A stretch of DNA of 36,577 bases. Source: Candidatus Aminicenantaceae bacterium. GTDB taxonomy: Bacteria > Acidobacteriota > Aminicenantia > Aminicenantales > Aminicenantaceae. The notes under the pieces were generated by a model. That model saw only the letters and a program-made list of their open reading frames with translations. It did not search any database and was not told the origin of the DNA. Numbering within the stretch: the first letter of the stretch is position 1; each line of letters starts with the position of its first letter. Below, piece after piece: positions 1 through 8,917 of this stretch. The stretch is taken from positions 1 to 36,577 of the forward strand of contig JBATYS010000346.1 in the NCBI GenBank assembly GCA_049674205.1. The letters run 5' to 3'. A program made the translations under genes and the position numbers.

Positions 1-1302
1 GGGAGAACCCCCACATTTTTCTATGAATACGGCGCTTTTGATATGGCTAATTCCTCCAATGGGATTGGATTTTTTGTTGCCGACAGAGCCACTTTCGGCA
101 GATTTACTGTGATGTTGGGATTGCGGAGTCAGACGCAGACAACACTGGATGATAACAAAGAAAAACTGTGGTCATGGTCTGTGGCAGACTTTCTCTCTCC
201 GCGTCTATCGCTTTCAGTGGATATATCTGGGGACGGTGTCAATGTGCTCAAAGTCGGTTGGGGGAGGTTTGCGGATACGATCACGACGATGCCTTTAGGA
301 TTCTTCAATTCCGGAGCTGGATTGACATTCCGGACATATAGATGGCAGGGAGTGAATAATCCATCCCAAAGCGAACTTCACAACCCGGCTTTCTGGGAAT
401 TCGAGAATGAACAGAAGCTCCAGGCATTTGAAATAGCCTCAAGGCTGAAGCCCAATTTTCTGACTCGTTATCTCATAGAATTCGACCGGAGGCTGGGAAG
501 AGATTGGGCTGTTATGGCCCGCTATGTTAGGACCAGTGCTAATGACCTGTTAGAAGTGCTCGCTATTCTGGATTTGGAAACACTCTACAGATTTTTATAT
601 GACAATTTCGAGCATAAAAGACGGAATTATCAAGGATTTGAGTTTGAAGTAAATGGCAAGATAGGAACACGTCTTTTCTTGAATGCGTCTTACAGCCACG
701 CTTTGGCCAAAGGGACGAACCCGGGGCAGACCGAATACGGTTCCTGGAATCAGGAGGAGGGAAGCACCAGCCATCTGGGCCTGTTTGGGAATCATCTCTT
801 TGTTCCCGATGTGCCTGAACTAAGGGAGGTCAAGGAGTATGTGGATTGGGCTCTGGGTGGCTTAGGAGGAAGAGGAGTCGGTGATGAGGGTTGGTACGGC
901 AAGCTCCCCTACTCTGTGGACAACGACTTAAAGATCAACCTGGTTTATCTTGCTCCGTACGATTTCTCTTTTTCGGCCGCCTTTGAATACATCTCCGGTT
1001 ACTACTGGGAAAAAATGGGGTATGTTCCCTTCTTTGGCGGATATTATTCCTACCCCGAATCGAGAGGAGTAAGAGAGACTCCTTCGCACAATTACCTTGA
1101 TCTCGGCGTGGAAAAGAGATTCGGGCTGGGCGGCATTAAGCTCCCTCAGAGAATGGGCTTATCTCTGAGGCTCGATGTGTTCAACCTCCTCAACAGCCAG
1201 AGGCCTATCTCCTACGTCAAGGAGGATATTCCGATCTTCGGTGATGTGTGGGGCAGGCAGCAGCCTCGACAAGCCCGCATCCTTATCAGACTCTCCTGGT
1301 AA
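1..1302 (+). CDS. Outer-membrane beta-barrel protein, TonB-dependent-receptor-like, C-terminal part (5' end lies outside the window)
   Basis: The frame is open from base 1, with no stop before the ATG at 43 given in the ORF track, so the gene is truncated by the window edge. It has alternating-hydrophobic strand pattern and Gly/Tyr/Asn-rich loops. The C-terminus ...RILIRLSW ends in an aromatic residue, as in OM barrels. A strong terminator follows. Confidence 0.6.
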   Translation, partial: GRTPTFFYEYGAFDMANSSNGIGFFVADRATFGRFTVMLGLRSQTQTTLDDNKEKLWSWSVADFLSPRLSLSVDISGDGVNVLKVGWGRFADTITTMPLGFFNSGAGLTFRTYRWQGVNNPSQSELHNPAFWEFENEQKLQAFEIASRLKPNFLTRYLIEFDRRLGRDWAVMARYVRTSANDLLEVLAILDLETLYRFLYDNFEHKRRNYQGFEFEVNGKIGTRLFLNASYSHALAKGTNPGQTEYGSWNQEEGSTSHLGLFGNHLFVPDVPELREVKEYVDWALGGLGGRGVGDEGWYGKLPYSVDNDLKINLVYLAPYDFSFSAAFEYISGYYWEKMGYVPFFGGYYSYPESRGVRETPSHNYLDLGVEKRFGLGGIKLPQRMGLSLRLDVFNLLNSQRPISYVKEDIPIFGDVWGRQQPRQARILIRLSW

Positions 1303-1399
1303 AAAATAGGGGACTGTCACCTTTTTACAGGGATGTTACAAAATGGTGCCAGTCCCCTTTTTTGATTACCTCTGGAAATAGGTGACAGTCCCCTATTTT
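1303..1399. terminator. Bidirectional intrinsic terminator between the convergent barrel gene and glmS
   Basis: GGGGACTGTCACC (1309-1321) pairs with GGTGCCAGTCCCC (1345-1357), which is followed by TTTTTT (1358-1363); this serves the + strand. AAAATAGGGGACTGTCACC (1303-1321) is perfectly complementary over 19 nt to 1381-1399, giving a hairpin with a U tail on the - strand just after the glmS stop. Confidence 0.65.
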
Positions 1400-1402
1400 A
1401 TT

Positions 1403-3232
1403 TTATTCGACGGTGACGGATTTGGCGAGGTTGCGGGGCTGGTCCACATCGGCGCCCCGGATGGCTGCGATGTAATAGGCGAACAGTTGGAGCGGGATAG
1501 TCGTTAAAAAGGGCGTGAAGAGCTGGTTCGTTGAGGGGATGGGGATAACATCATCCACTTTATCCCGAATATCCTCATCCTCTTGAAAGGCCACTGCTAT
1601 AATATGCCCCACTCTTGCTTTGATCTCAGAGATATTGCTCAGCATTTTATCATAGACTCTATCTTTGGGTACGATGGCCATCGTGGGCATTTTCTCGTCA
1701 ATGAGAGCGATGGGGCCGTGTTTCATCTCACCACCTGCATATCCCTCAGCATGCATGTAAGAGATCTCCTTGAGCTTCAACGCCCCCTCGAGCGCAATGG
1801 GGAAGTTGATCCATCGTCCCAAATAGAGGAAATGCGAGAACGGCACAAAATCCCATGCCAATTTCTCGACATCGTCCGCATCGTTGAGGATCATCTCGAT
1901 CTTGTGTGGGATTCGCTGGAGATCCTGAATAAGCGCGAGGCTTTTTTTGCTGTCGACCGTTTTTTTGATCTGAGCCAGATGAATCGCCAGAAGAGCAAAA
2001 GCTCCCATCTGGGCCGAAAATGTCTTTGTTGCGGCAACCCCGATCTCAGGACCTGCATGGGTCGAAAGGACTCCCAGGGACTCTCTTGCGATCGATGAAT
2101 TGATCACATTACAGATGGCAAGAGTCAACGGATTTCTCTCCTTCACAGCTCGAAGCGCTGCCAGCGTATCCGCTGTCTCTCCAGACTGCGACACAACAAC
2201 AACAAGCGAATTCTGATCGAGGATAAAATCTCGATAGCGGTATTCAGAGGCATACTCCACATCGACCGGTATCCGGGCTAAAGTCTCGATAAGGTATCGC
2301 CCCATGAGTGCGGCATGATAAGACGTTCCACAAGCGATGATAACAACTCGGGAGATGTCTCTCAAATTTGAAGGGGAGATCTCGATCTCTCCCAAATTAA
2401 CTGTTCCCGAGTCCAGTGAGATTCTCCCCTCGAAGGTATCCCTCAACACCTGAGGTTGTTCGAAGATCTCCTTGAGCATAAAATGTTTGTAACCCCTCTT
2501 CTCTATCATAATAGGGTTCCAGGCCAGGCGTTCCGGCTTCTTTTCCAATGGATCGCCGTCAAAATCCCTGAATTCCACACCATCCCTCCGGATGATCGCC
2601 ATCTCTCCATCCTCAAGAAAAACAACGTCTTGTGTGTGGAAAAGCAAGGGATTGATATCAGAGGAAACGAGATTTTCGCCCTCCCCTATCCCCACAACTA
2701 CAGGTGGACCCGATTTGGCTGCCACAATTTTATCCTTGTCCTCTGTGGAGATCGCAGAGATGGCAAAATTGCCTTCCAGTTCCTTGAGAGTTTTTTGGAC
2801 AGCCACTTCCAAATTATCCTCGAAATATTTCTCTATCAAATGAGCGATGACTTCCGTATCCGTTTCCGTGACGAATTCGTGTCCTTCCTCTCTGAGCTTT
2901 TTCTTCACAGTCAAATAGTTCTCGATGATTCCATTGTGGACCACGACGATAGAACCGGTGCAATCGCGGTGAGGATGGGCATTCTCCTCTGAGGGACGGC
3001 CGTGAGTCGCCCACCGCGTGTGTCCTAAACCGTATTGCCCGGAAACAGTTTCTCCCTCCAGAGTACTTTCCAGCTCGTTGATCTTTCCCTTCACCCGATA
3101 AAGATACAACTTTCCCGAGTCGACGACAGCGATTCCAGCAGAATCATACCCCCTGTACTCCAGCTTCTTTAATCCATCGATAAGGAGGGGCACAATGTTT
3201 TTTGGTCCGATGTACCCGATTATTCCACACAT
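1403..3232 (-). CDS. glmS: Glutamine--fructose-6-phosphate aminotransferase (isomerizing)
   Basis: 609 aa. The N-terminal MCGIIGY provides the Cys2 nucleophile of Ntn amidotransferases. Two SIS domains are present. The C-terminus is the typical ...NLAKSVTVE. The ATG overlaps the glmU stop (TAATG). Confidence 0.97.
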   Translation of the reverse strand: MCGIIGYIGPKNIVPLLIDGLKKLEYRGYDSAGIAVVDSGKLYLYRVKGKINELESTLEGETVSGQYGLGHTRWATHGRPSEENAHPHRDCTGSIVVVHNGIIENYLTVKKKLREEGHEFVTETDTEVIAHLIEKYFEDNLEVAVQKTLKELEGNFAISAISTEDKDKIVAAKSGPPVVVGIGEGENLVSSDINPLLFHTQDVVFLEDGEMAIIRRDGVEFRDFDGDPLEKKPERLAWNPIMIEKRGYKHFMLKEIFEQPQVLRDTFEGRISLDSGTVNLGEIEISPSNLRDISRVVIIACGTSYHAALMGRYLIETLARIPVDVEYASEYRYRDFILDQNSLVVVVSQSGETADTLAALRAVKERNPLTLAICNVINSSIARESLGVLSTHAGPEIGVAATKTFSAQMGAFALLAIHLAQIKKTVDSKKSLALIQDLQRIPHKIEMILNDADDVEKLAWDFVPFSHFLYLGRWINFPIALEGALKLKEISYMHAEGYAGGEMKHGPIALIDEKMPTMAIVPKDRVYDKMLSNISEIKARVGHIIAVAFQEDEDIRDKVDDVIPIPSTNQLFTPFLTTIPLQLFAYYIAAIRGADVDQPRNLAKSVTVE

Positions 3233-4611
3233 TATTTTTTCCTTTTTCTCTTAACCCAACCCGGTATCTCTTCCTGACGACTCCGGGAAACAGCAAGAGC
3301 TTCTGGGGACACATCTTTGGTGATCGTAGAACCCGCGCCCACATAGGCTTTCTTCCCTATCTTCACAGGTGCAACCAGTTCTGTTCCAGAGCCGATAAAT
3401 GCGCCCGATTCGATCTTGGTTCTACTCTTCCTTGCTCCATCATAATTGCACGTGATCGTCCCGGCACCGATATTTACGTCTTCTTGAATATCCGCATCCC
3501 CCAGATAGGACAGATGACCAGCTTTGGAATGCCGGCCAAAATCCGTGTTTTTCATCTCCACAAAATTGCCGACCTTTGCACCCTGTCGGATGATTGTATT
3601 GGGCCTGAGATGTGTAAAAGGACCCACCTGAGCATCATTCTGGATGACACTCTGTTCGATCATTGAAGAAGAGAGGAGTTTAACTCTTTTTCCGACCCGG
3701 GTATCGATCACATGAACATATGGAAAAAGCGTGCAATGGCTTCCGATAACGGACTCTCCCTCCAGGATGACCGAGGGGTAGATAACAGTGTCCCTCCCGA
3801 CCTTTACATCGTAATCGATCCATGTCGATCCAGGATCGTAAACAGTGACCCCTTGATCAGTGAGAGACTTGACCTTCCTCAGCCGCAGAACATCAATCGC
3901 CCGAGCAAGTTCATACCGATCATTGACACCGACGATCTCCTCGGTGTTCCTTGTTTTGTACTTTCCGACCTTCCTGCCGTTCCGCGATAGGATTTCGATC
4001 ATATCTGTGAGATAGTACTCACCTTTTTTGTTTTTATTGGAGACCTGGGTGAGGCCTTTGAGAAGATCCTTTATTCGAAAGAGATAAATGCCAACATTAA
4101 TCTCTTTCTCTTTTCTCTGGGCTGGAGTGGCATCTTTCTCCTCGATAATCCTGAATGTCTTGTCTTCAGAAAGTTTAACCCGTCCAAATCCGGTGGAGTC
4201 ATCCAGATCAGTGGTTAGAAAGGTCAAAGAATTCCCTTTCTCTCTGTGGTTTCTGAGCAGCGGTTTTAGTGTCTCGCTCCGGATCAATGGCAGATCCCCG
4301 TTCATGATGAGGAGATCTTTGTCTGCTTCCTTTTTTAGAGCGGCTTGTGCAGCTAAAACGGCATGAGCTGTTCCCAATTGTTTTGTCTGGAAGACAAAAT
4401 CAATGTTTTGTCCGGTCAGCGACTTCTGGACCAAATCTTTTTGATAGCCCACCACGATATGGATACGGTCGGGCCCCAGTTTTTGGATAGAATCCACCAC
4501 CCACTGCAGCATGGACTTCCCCATGAGGGAATGAAGGATTTTTATCTTATCCGACTTAAATCTGGTTCCCTTTCCAGCAGCAAGGATAAGAGCAGATAAG
4601 CCTTTTTTCAT
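3232..4611 (-). CDS. glmU: Bifunctional UDP-N-acetylglucosamine pyrophosphorylase / glucosamine-1-phosphate N-acetyltransferase
   Basis: 459 aa. It has the N-terminal LILAAGKGTRFKS nucleotidyltransferase motif and a C-terminal left-handed beta-helix hexapeptide repeat region (...GAFIGSGTELVAPVKIG...). The start overlaps the upstream TPR gene stop (ATGA). Confidence 0.95.
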   Translation of the reverse strand: MKKGLSALILAAGKGTRFKSDKIKILHSLMGKSMLQWVVDSIQKLGPDRIHIVVGYQKDLVQKSLTGQNIDFVFQTKQLGTAHAVLAAQAALKKEADKDLLIMNGDLPLIRSETLKPLLRNHREKGNSLTFLTTDLDDSTGFGRVKLSEDKTFRIIEEKDATPAQRKEKEINVGIYLFRIKDLLKGLTQVSNKNKKGEYYLTDMIEILSRNGRKVGKYKTRNTEEIVGVNDRYELARAIDVLRLRKVKSLTDQGVTVYDPGSTWIDYDVKVGRDTVIYPSVILEGESVIGSHCTLFPYVHVIDTRVGKRVKLLSSSMIEQSVIQNDAQVGPFTHLRPNTIIRQGAKVGNFVEMKNTDFGRHSKAGHLSYLGDADIQEDVNIGAGTITCNYDGARKSRTKIESGAFIGSGTELVAPVKIGKKAYVGAGSTITKDVSPEALAVSRSRQEEIPGWVKRKRKK

Positions 4612-5120
4612 ACAAGCTTAGTTAATATCTTAAATCTTTTATCTTCTCGCAACGCTTCAAAATCTGAATCATTCTGGGCTAATATCTTGAAATACTTATC
4701 TTTCTGGATGGATTTTTTGAGGAATTCGAGAGACTGGTCAGCATCCCCCATCGACTGATAAATCGCAGCCATGGAGTACAGGATCTTAGCATGATCCGGG
4801 TCTTTATCAATGGCCTTCTTGAAAAGTTTCAAAGCTTCCTCATAGCTTCCCTGATTCATCAATGAAACACCATCCTCATAAAAATCAGCGAATGTTTTCG
4901 GGGGAGTTGTCTCTTTATTCTTGACTTCCTGACAGATCTTTATATAGGTTCGAGCACGGTCCACGAGCTCCTTCTCGGAAGCGTGTTTTTCTATAAGTGC
5001 CTTGAACGACTCCACTGCCTTCTCACAATTGCCTTTCCTGAAAGCTTGGACCGCCTCACCAAAGGATAAGATGGCTTTTTCGTAGCTATCGATTTTCTTT
5101 TTTTCTTTCTCAGTAGCCAC
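4608..5120 (-). CDS. Tetratricopeptide-repeat protein
   Basis: 170 aa, helical, with TPR-like A/Y/F spacing (e.g. YEEALKLFKKAIDKDPDHAKILYSMAAIYQSMGDADQSLEFLKKSI). GTG start at 5120, preceded by GGGAGA 5 nt upstream. It sits in an operon between lpxC and glmU. Confidence 0.7.
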   Translation of the reverse strand: MATEKEKKKIDSYEKAILSFGEAVQAFRKGNCEKAVESFKALIEKHASEKELVDRARTYIKICQEVKNKETTPPKTFADFYEDGVSLMNQGSYEEALKLFKKAIDKDPDHAKILYSMAAIYQSMGDADQSLEFLKKSIQKDKYFKILAQNDSDFEALREDKRFKILTKLV

Positions 5121-5204
5121 TTTTATCTCCCTAACAATATTAAAATCAAAGTGTTGACCATTTTATCTCAGAATCATTCTATTGACAAGCTTTTAATTCA
5201 AAAG

Positions 5205-6044
5205 CTAGAGGAGAGTATAATATTCAGGATTTTCGATGAGAAAACGGACAACTTTGAGATGCAACGAGTGCCCCGCTTTGTGGGCACTAAAATGCCCGAT
5301 GAGGGGATATCCTATCAAGGATAGGTCTCCGATCAAATCGATGATTTTATGGCGCACAAACTCGTCATCAAACCGAAGGGGTCCGTTTATAACGCCTCTC
5401 TCATCAAGGACGATGGCGTTTTCTAATGACCCTCCCAAGGCTAGTCCTTGATCCCAGAGTCTCTCCACATCCTTGAGAAATCCAAAAGTGCGGGCAGGAG
5501 CGATCTCCTGGAGAAAGCTCTCTGCATTGACGACCAGGTCCAATGTCTGTTTTTGAATAGCAGGATGATCAAATTCGATGGTGTAGCTTATTTTGAACTC
5601 CTCATCCGGATCGACCGAAATTGATGCATTCTCCTCCTGCACAACGAAGGGCTTGGTGACTTTCAGATAAGTCTTTTTGTGGGGGAGCGTTTGAATCCCA
5701 CACTCATTGAGGGCTTTCGCTATCGGTAAAGCACTCCCGTCCAGTATGGGGATCTCGCTTCCTTCAAGTTCGATATCGATGCTATCTACCCCAAAAACAC
5801 ACAGGGCAGACAAAAGATGCTCGATCGTATGGACCTTCCGCGGTCCATCTGTCAAGATAGTGCTGAAACTGGATTCAACCTGCAAGGGATCAATGCGGAT
5901 CTCAAAACTCTCTTTATTTTTGACTGAAAAGAGGATCTCTCCAGAGGTGGAGGGTTTAAGCAAACACACTACATTCTGCCCAGAATGAACTCCAATCCCA
6001 GAAAACGAGATCTCCTTTTTTATCGTTGCTTTCTGCGCTAGCAT
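5205..6044 (-). CDS. lpxC: UDP-3-O-acyl-N-acetylglucosamine deacetylase
   Basis: 279 aa. It carries the LpxC signatures HTIEHLLSAL and FVRHKIIDLIGDL and a C-terminal HSLH zinc/catalytic region. Confidence 0.93.
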   Translation of the reverse strand: MLAQKATIKKEISFSGIGVHSGQNVVCLLKPSTSGEILFSVKNKESFEIRIDPLQVESSFSTILTDGPRKVHTIEHLLSALCVFGVDSIDIELEGSEIPILDGSALPIAKALNECGIQTLPHKKTYLKVTKPFVVQEENASISVDPDEEFKISYTIEFDHPAIQKQTLDLVVNAESFLQEIAPARTFGFLKDVERLWDQGLALGGSLENAIVLDERGVINGPLRFDDEFVRHKIIDLIGDLSLIGYPLIGHFSAHKAGHSLHLKVVRFLIENPEYYTLL

Positions 6045-6185
6045 GTGATTTTCGCCTTAAGTATAATAGAGACGCTGAAAAGAATCCAGGCACCATAATA
6101 AGAAAACATCTTTCAGTGTTTTCTCTGTATATGTAGAACCTCCTGTGTCTGGCATTTTCAAAAGGATTTGTGCTAGAATGGGTCG

Positions 6186-6929
6186 ATGAACAAACAGCTT
6201 GAGAAGCTCCTTATCCAAGTTCAAAAGGGGGAGATTTCTCCCAAAGACGCTCTGAAGAGACTGAAAGATTTTCCCTACGAGGACCTGAATTTCGCCAAGA
6301 TCGACCACCACAGAGAGTTGCGGTGCGGATTTCCGGAGGTCGTCTTCGGAGCCGGAAAAACGGACGCTCAAATTTTAAAAATAGCTAAGGCCATCCTCAA
6401 TAAAGGCAGCAATCTTCTCATCACACGCGCGGAGCCCAAAGTCTACAAAAAGATCAAACAGCAGATCCCCAAAGCTCAATATAATTCTCTTGCCAAAGCT
6501 ATCTACCTGAAACAAACCCATCCGCCTCCCGGGAAAGGACGGATCGTTATCATTACTGCGGGGACCTCAGATATACCTGTAGCTGAAGAAGCAGCAGTGA
6601 CCTGCGAGATATTGGGAAATGATATAGATAAAATTTACGACGTCGGCGTGGCCGGCCTTCACAGGCTATTCGGAGAGCTGGGCACGATCAGAAACGCCCG
6701 GGTCATCATCACAGCCGCAGGAATGGAGGGAGCGCTGCCGAGTGTTATTGCTGGGGTCACAGAAGTCCCCATAATCGCAGTACCAACAAGTATTGGTTAT
6801 GGAACAAGTTTTGGAGGATTGGCTGCGCTGTTGGCTATGCTGAATTCATGTCCTGGTGGACTCGCTGTTGTTAACATCGACAATGGATTCGGCGCTGCCT
6901 ATATGGCGTCTCTCATCAATCACCTCTAG
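6186..6929 (+). CDS. larB: Nickel-pincer cofactor biosynthesis protein LarB (PurE/AIR-carboxylase-like)
   Basis: 247 aa. The N-terminal region matches LarB (FAKIDHHRELRCGFPEVVFGAGKT) and is followed by a PurE-like domain (IITAGTSDIPVAEEA ... GMEGALPSV). No larA, larC or larE is visible in this window. Confidence 0.8.
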   Translation: MNKQLEKLLIQVQKGEISPKDALKRLKDFPYEDLNFAKIDHHRELRCGFPEVVFGAGKTDAQILKIAKAILNKGSNLLITRAEPKVYKKIKQQIPKAQYNSLAKAIYLKQTHPPPGKGRIVIITAGTSDIPVAEEAAVTCEILGNDIDKIYDVGVAGLHRLFGELGTIRNARVIITAAGMEGALPSVIAGVTEVPIIAVPTSIGYGTSFGGLAALLAMLNSCPGGLAVVNIDNGFGAAYMASLINHL

Positions 6930-7015
6930 CTTTTCGAGTTTCTGCAACTAAGTTTTATCACGAACCACGAATATTTCCATATTTGTTTAGATTAAATATT
7001 GAATGTTTAAAGTGT

Positions 7016-7048
7016 AAATTTGGCAGCAGCTTTTATGAATAATTCATC
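7016..7048 (+). repeat. Right-end module of the intergenic element family (partial or solo copy)
   Basis: AAATTTGGCAGCAGCTTTTATGAATAATTCA (7016-7046) matches 22954-22984 at 29 of 31 positions. It contains the perfect 6-1-6 palindrome ATGAATAATTCAT (7035-7047). Sequence upstream from about 6952 (TTTTATCACGAACC, TGCAACT) may be a degenerate remainder of an element. Confidence 0.6.
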
Positions 7049-7056
7049 TAGGAAGC

Positions 7057-7085
7057 TTGACAAGGAGTGGTGTCAACTCTATATT
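7057..7085 (+). promoter_or_regulatory. Sigma70-type promoter for dnaG-rpoD
   Basis: TTGACA (7057-7062), a 17-nt spacer, then TATATT (7080-7085), about 40 nt upstream of the dnaG ATG. Confidence 0.45.
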
Positions 7086-7126
7086 TTACTAGTTAATTTC
7101 GGACTAGAAGTCTATCTCGACGCACT

Positions 7127-8863
7127 ATGGATGTTATAGATCAAATCAAGAATGCGGCAAGCATTGTCGATATTGCCTCACAGTATACAAATCTAAGGCG
7201 AAGGGGCAAAAAACACTTGGGACTCTGCCCCTTTCACTCTGAAAAAACTCCCTCGTTCACTGTTGACGAAGACAAACAGCTCTTCCACTGTTTTGGATGC
7301 AATATCGGGGGCGATCTTTTTACCCTTGTCATGGAAAAAGAAAACCTGAGCTTCCCGGAAGCTCTGCAGTTCTTGGCCGAAAAGTACAACATTGCACTTC
7401 CGGAAAAGAGGAAATTCTCACCTCAATTGGCAAAATTGGAGGAAACGCTCTACAAGATCAGCGAAGACAGTTTGGCCTTCTTCAGAAAAAACCTTTTCAA
7501 CACAAAAGAGGGCGAAAACGCCCATGAGTATCTTCGTAAAAGAGGGATATCCGAGGAGTCCATTCAGAATCTCAAGATCGGATACGCGCTCAACTCATGG
7601 GATGCTCTGCTCAATTTCTTCCAGAAAAAAAACATCTCCCCAGGCCTCCTGGAAAAGGCCGGCTTGGTCCTGCGGAGGACAAAAACGGAAGGACATTACG
7701 ACCGATTCAGGGGAAGGATCATATTCCCCATCTTCACTCCAACAGGAAAAGTGGTCGCATTTGGAGGACGAACTATCATCGACCAGGAACCCAAGTACCT
7801 CAATTCTCCTGATACACCCATTTACACAAAGGGAAAACTTCTCTATGGCTGGAATTTTACAAAGGATGCCATCCGTGAACAAGGAGAGACCATCCTTGTC
7901 GAGGGCTATACAGACTTTCTCGCCCTGCTTCAAGCTGGTATACCAAATGCAGCTGCTTCTCTAGGGACCAGCCTGACATCCGAACATGTCATGCAAGCAT
8001 CGCGTTTTGAATCGAGAGTGATCGTTAGCTACGATGCAGATTCAGCTGGGATAAAAGCCTCTCTCCGTGCCATCTCTTTATGTTTCGAACAAGGTGTTGA
8101 AATCCGTGTGTTGACATTGCCCAAAGGGTATGACCCGGATAGTTTTATAAGGAAATATGGGCCTGAAGATTTTTTAAAAAAGCTCGAGGAAAGCAAATCA
8201 GGAATCAATTTTTTAATTGAATATGTACGAGGAAAGAAAAAACTAAGTCCTGAGCAAAAAAATAGAGTCGCGAGATACATAGTTAACGAGATCATTAAAA
8301 TACCCAACTCCATAATAAAAAGCGAAAATCTTAAAAAATTAAGTGAGGAGCTCAATTTAAAAGAGGACGTTCTGCGTTCTATGATAAAGACCAGAGCCAA
8401 AGCAGAAGATAATAAGGTAGTACAAACAGTTTTTCTAAATGCTGAAAAACGCCTACTGCAGATCCTATTCAATGACAGTAATATTGTGCCAACTGTGCTA
8501 AAGGCTATGAAAAAGGAAGATTTCACAGGTCTAAAAAGTGAATCCATTTTTCTGATAGTATCGGATTTCATTAATAACAGGGCAGATTTCAACATCCAAA
8601 ATATGCGAGAAAAAATTGATAAAAGCCTCTTTAGCTCCCTGGCGAAAATTTTACAGGAGGAAGAGCAAGAGCCGAGTGTTGAAGAAGCTATGGAATGTGT
8701 GCGGGCGCTCCGACAGTTTGCCCTTGAAAACGAGTCCTTGGGATTAAAACACGAAATATATAGACTCGAAAAAGCAAATGAAATGAAAAAAGCTCTTTTA
8801 GTCATGAAAAAATTACAAGACGTGAAAATGCAGCTTTTGCGCCTGCCGAATCAGGAGCTCTGA
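7127..8863 (+). CDS. dnaG: DNA primase
   Basis: 578 aa. It has the zinc-ribbon CPFHSEKTPSFTV...FHCFGCNIGGD, an RNA polymerase core and the TOPRIM motif (ILVEGYTDFLAL, SYDADSAG). Confidence 0.93.
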   Translation: MDVIDQIKNAASIVDIASQYTNLRRRGKKHLGLCPFHSEKTPSFTVDEDKQLFHCFGCNIGGDLFTLVMEKENLSFPEALQFLAEKYNIALPEKRKFSPQLAKLEETLYKISEDSLAFFRKNLFNTKEGENAHEYLRKRGISEESIQNLKIGYALNSWDALLNFFQKKNISPGLLEKAGLVLRRTKTEGHYDRFRGRIIFPIFTPTGKVVAFGGRTIIDQEPKYLNSPDTPIYTKGKLLYGWNFTKDAIREQGETILVEGYTDFLALLQAGIPNAAASLGTSLTSEHVMQASRFESRVIVSYDADSAGIKASLRAISLCFEQGVEIRVLTLPKGYDPDSFIRKYGPEDFLKKLEESKSGINFLIEYVRGKKKLSPEQKNRVARYIVNEIIKIPNSIIKSENLKKLSEELNLKEDVLRSMIKTRAKAEDNKVVQTVFLNAEKRLLQILFNDSNIVPTVLKAMKKEDFTGLKSESIFLIVSDFINNRADFNIQNMREKIDKSLFSSLAKILQEEEQEPSVEEAMECVRALRQFALENESLGLKHEIYRLEKANEMKKALLVMKKLQDVKMQLLRLPNQEL

Positions 8864-8917
8864 TTTAATGTTTAAAGGATTGGACATCAAATATTTGCAG
8901 TAAAAGAGGAGTCAACA

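Noticed and set aside
3200-3260. A possible glmS ribozyme or other leader upstream of glmS.
   Set aside because: The glmS ATG overlaps the glmU stop codon, so there is no untranslated leader at all.
7021-7036. A sigma54-like TGGCAG-N4-TTTTAT sequence in the element's right-end module.
   Set aside because: The essential -12 GC dinucleotide is missing at the correct spacing (TTTT instead of TTGC). Copy B has TGACAG here instead of TGGCAG.
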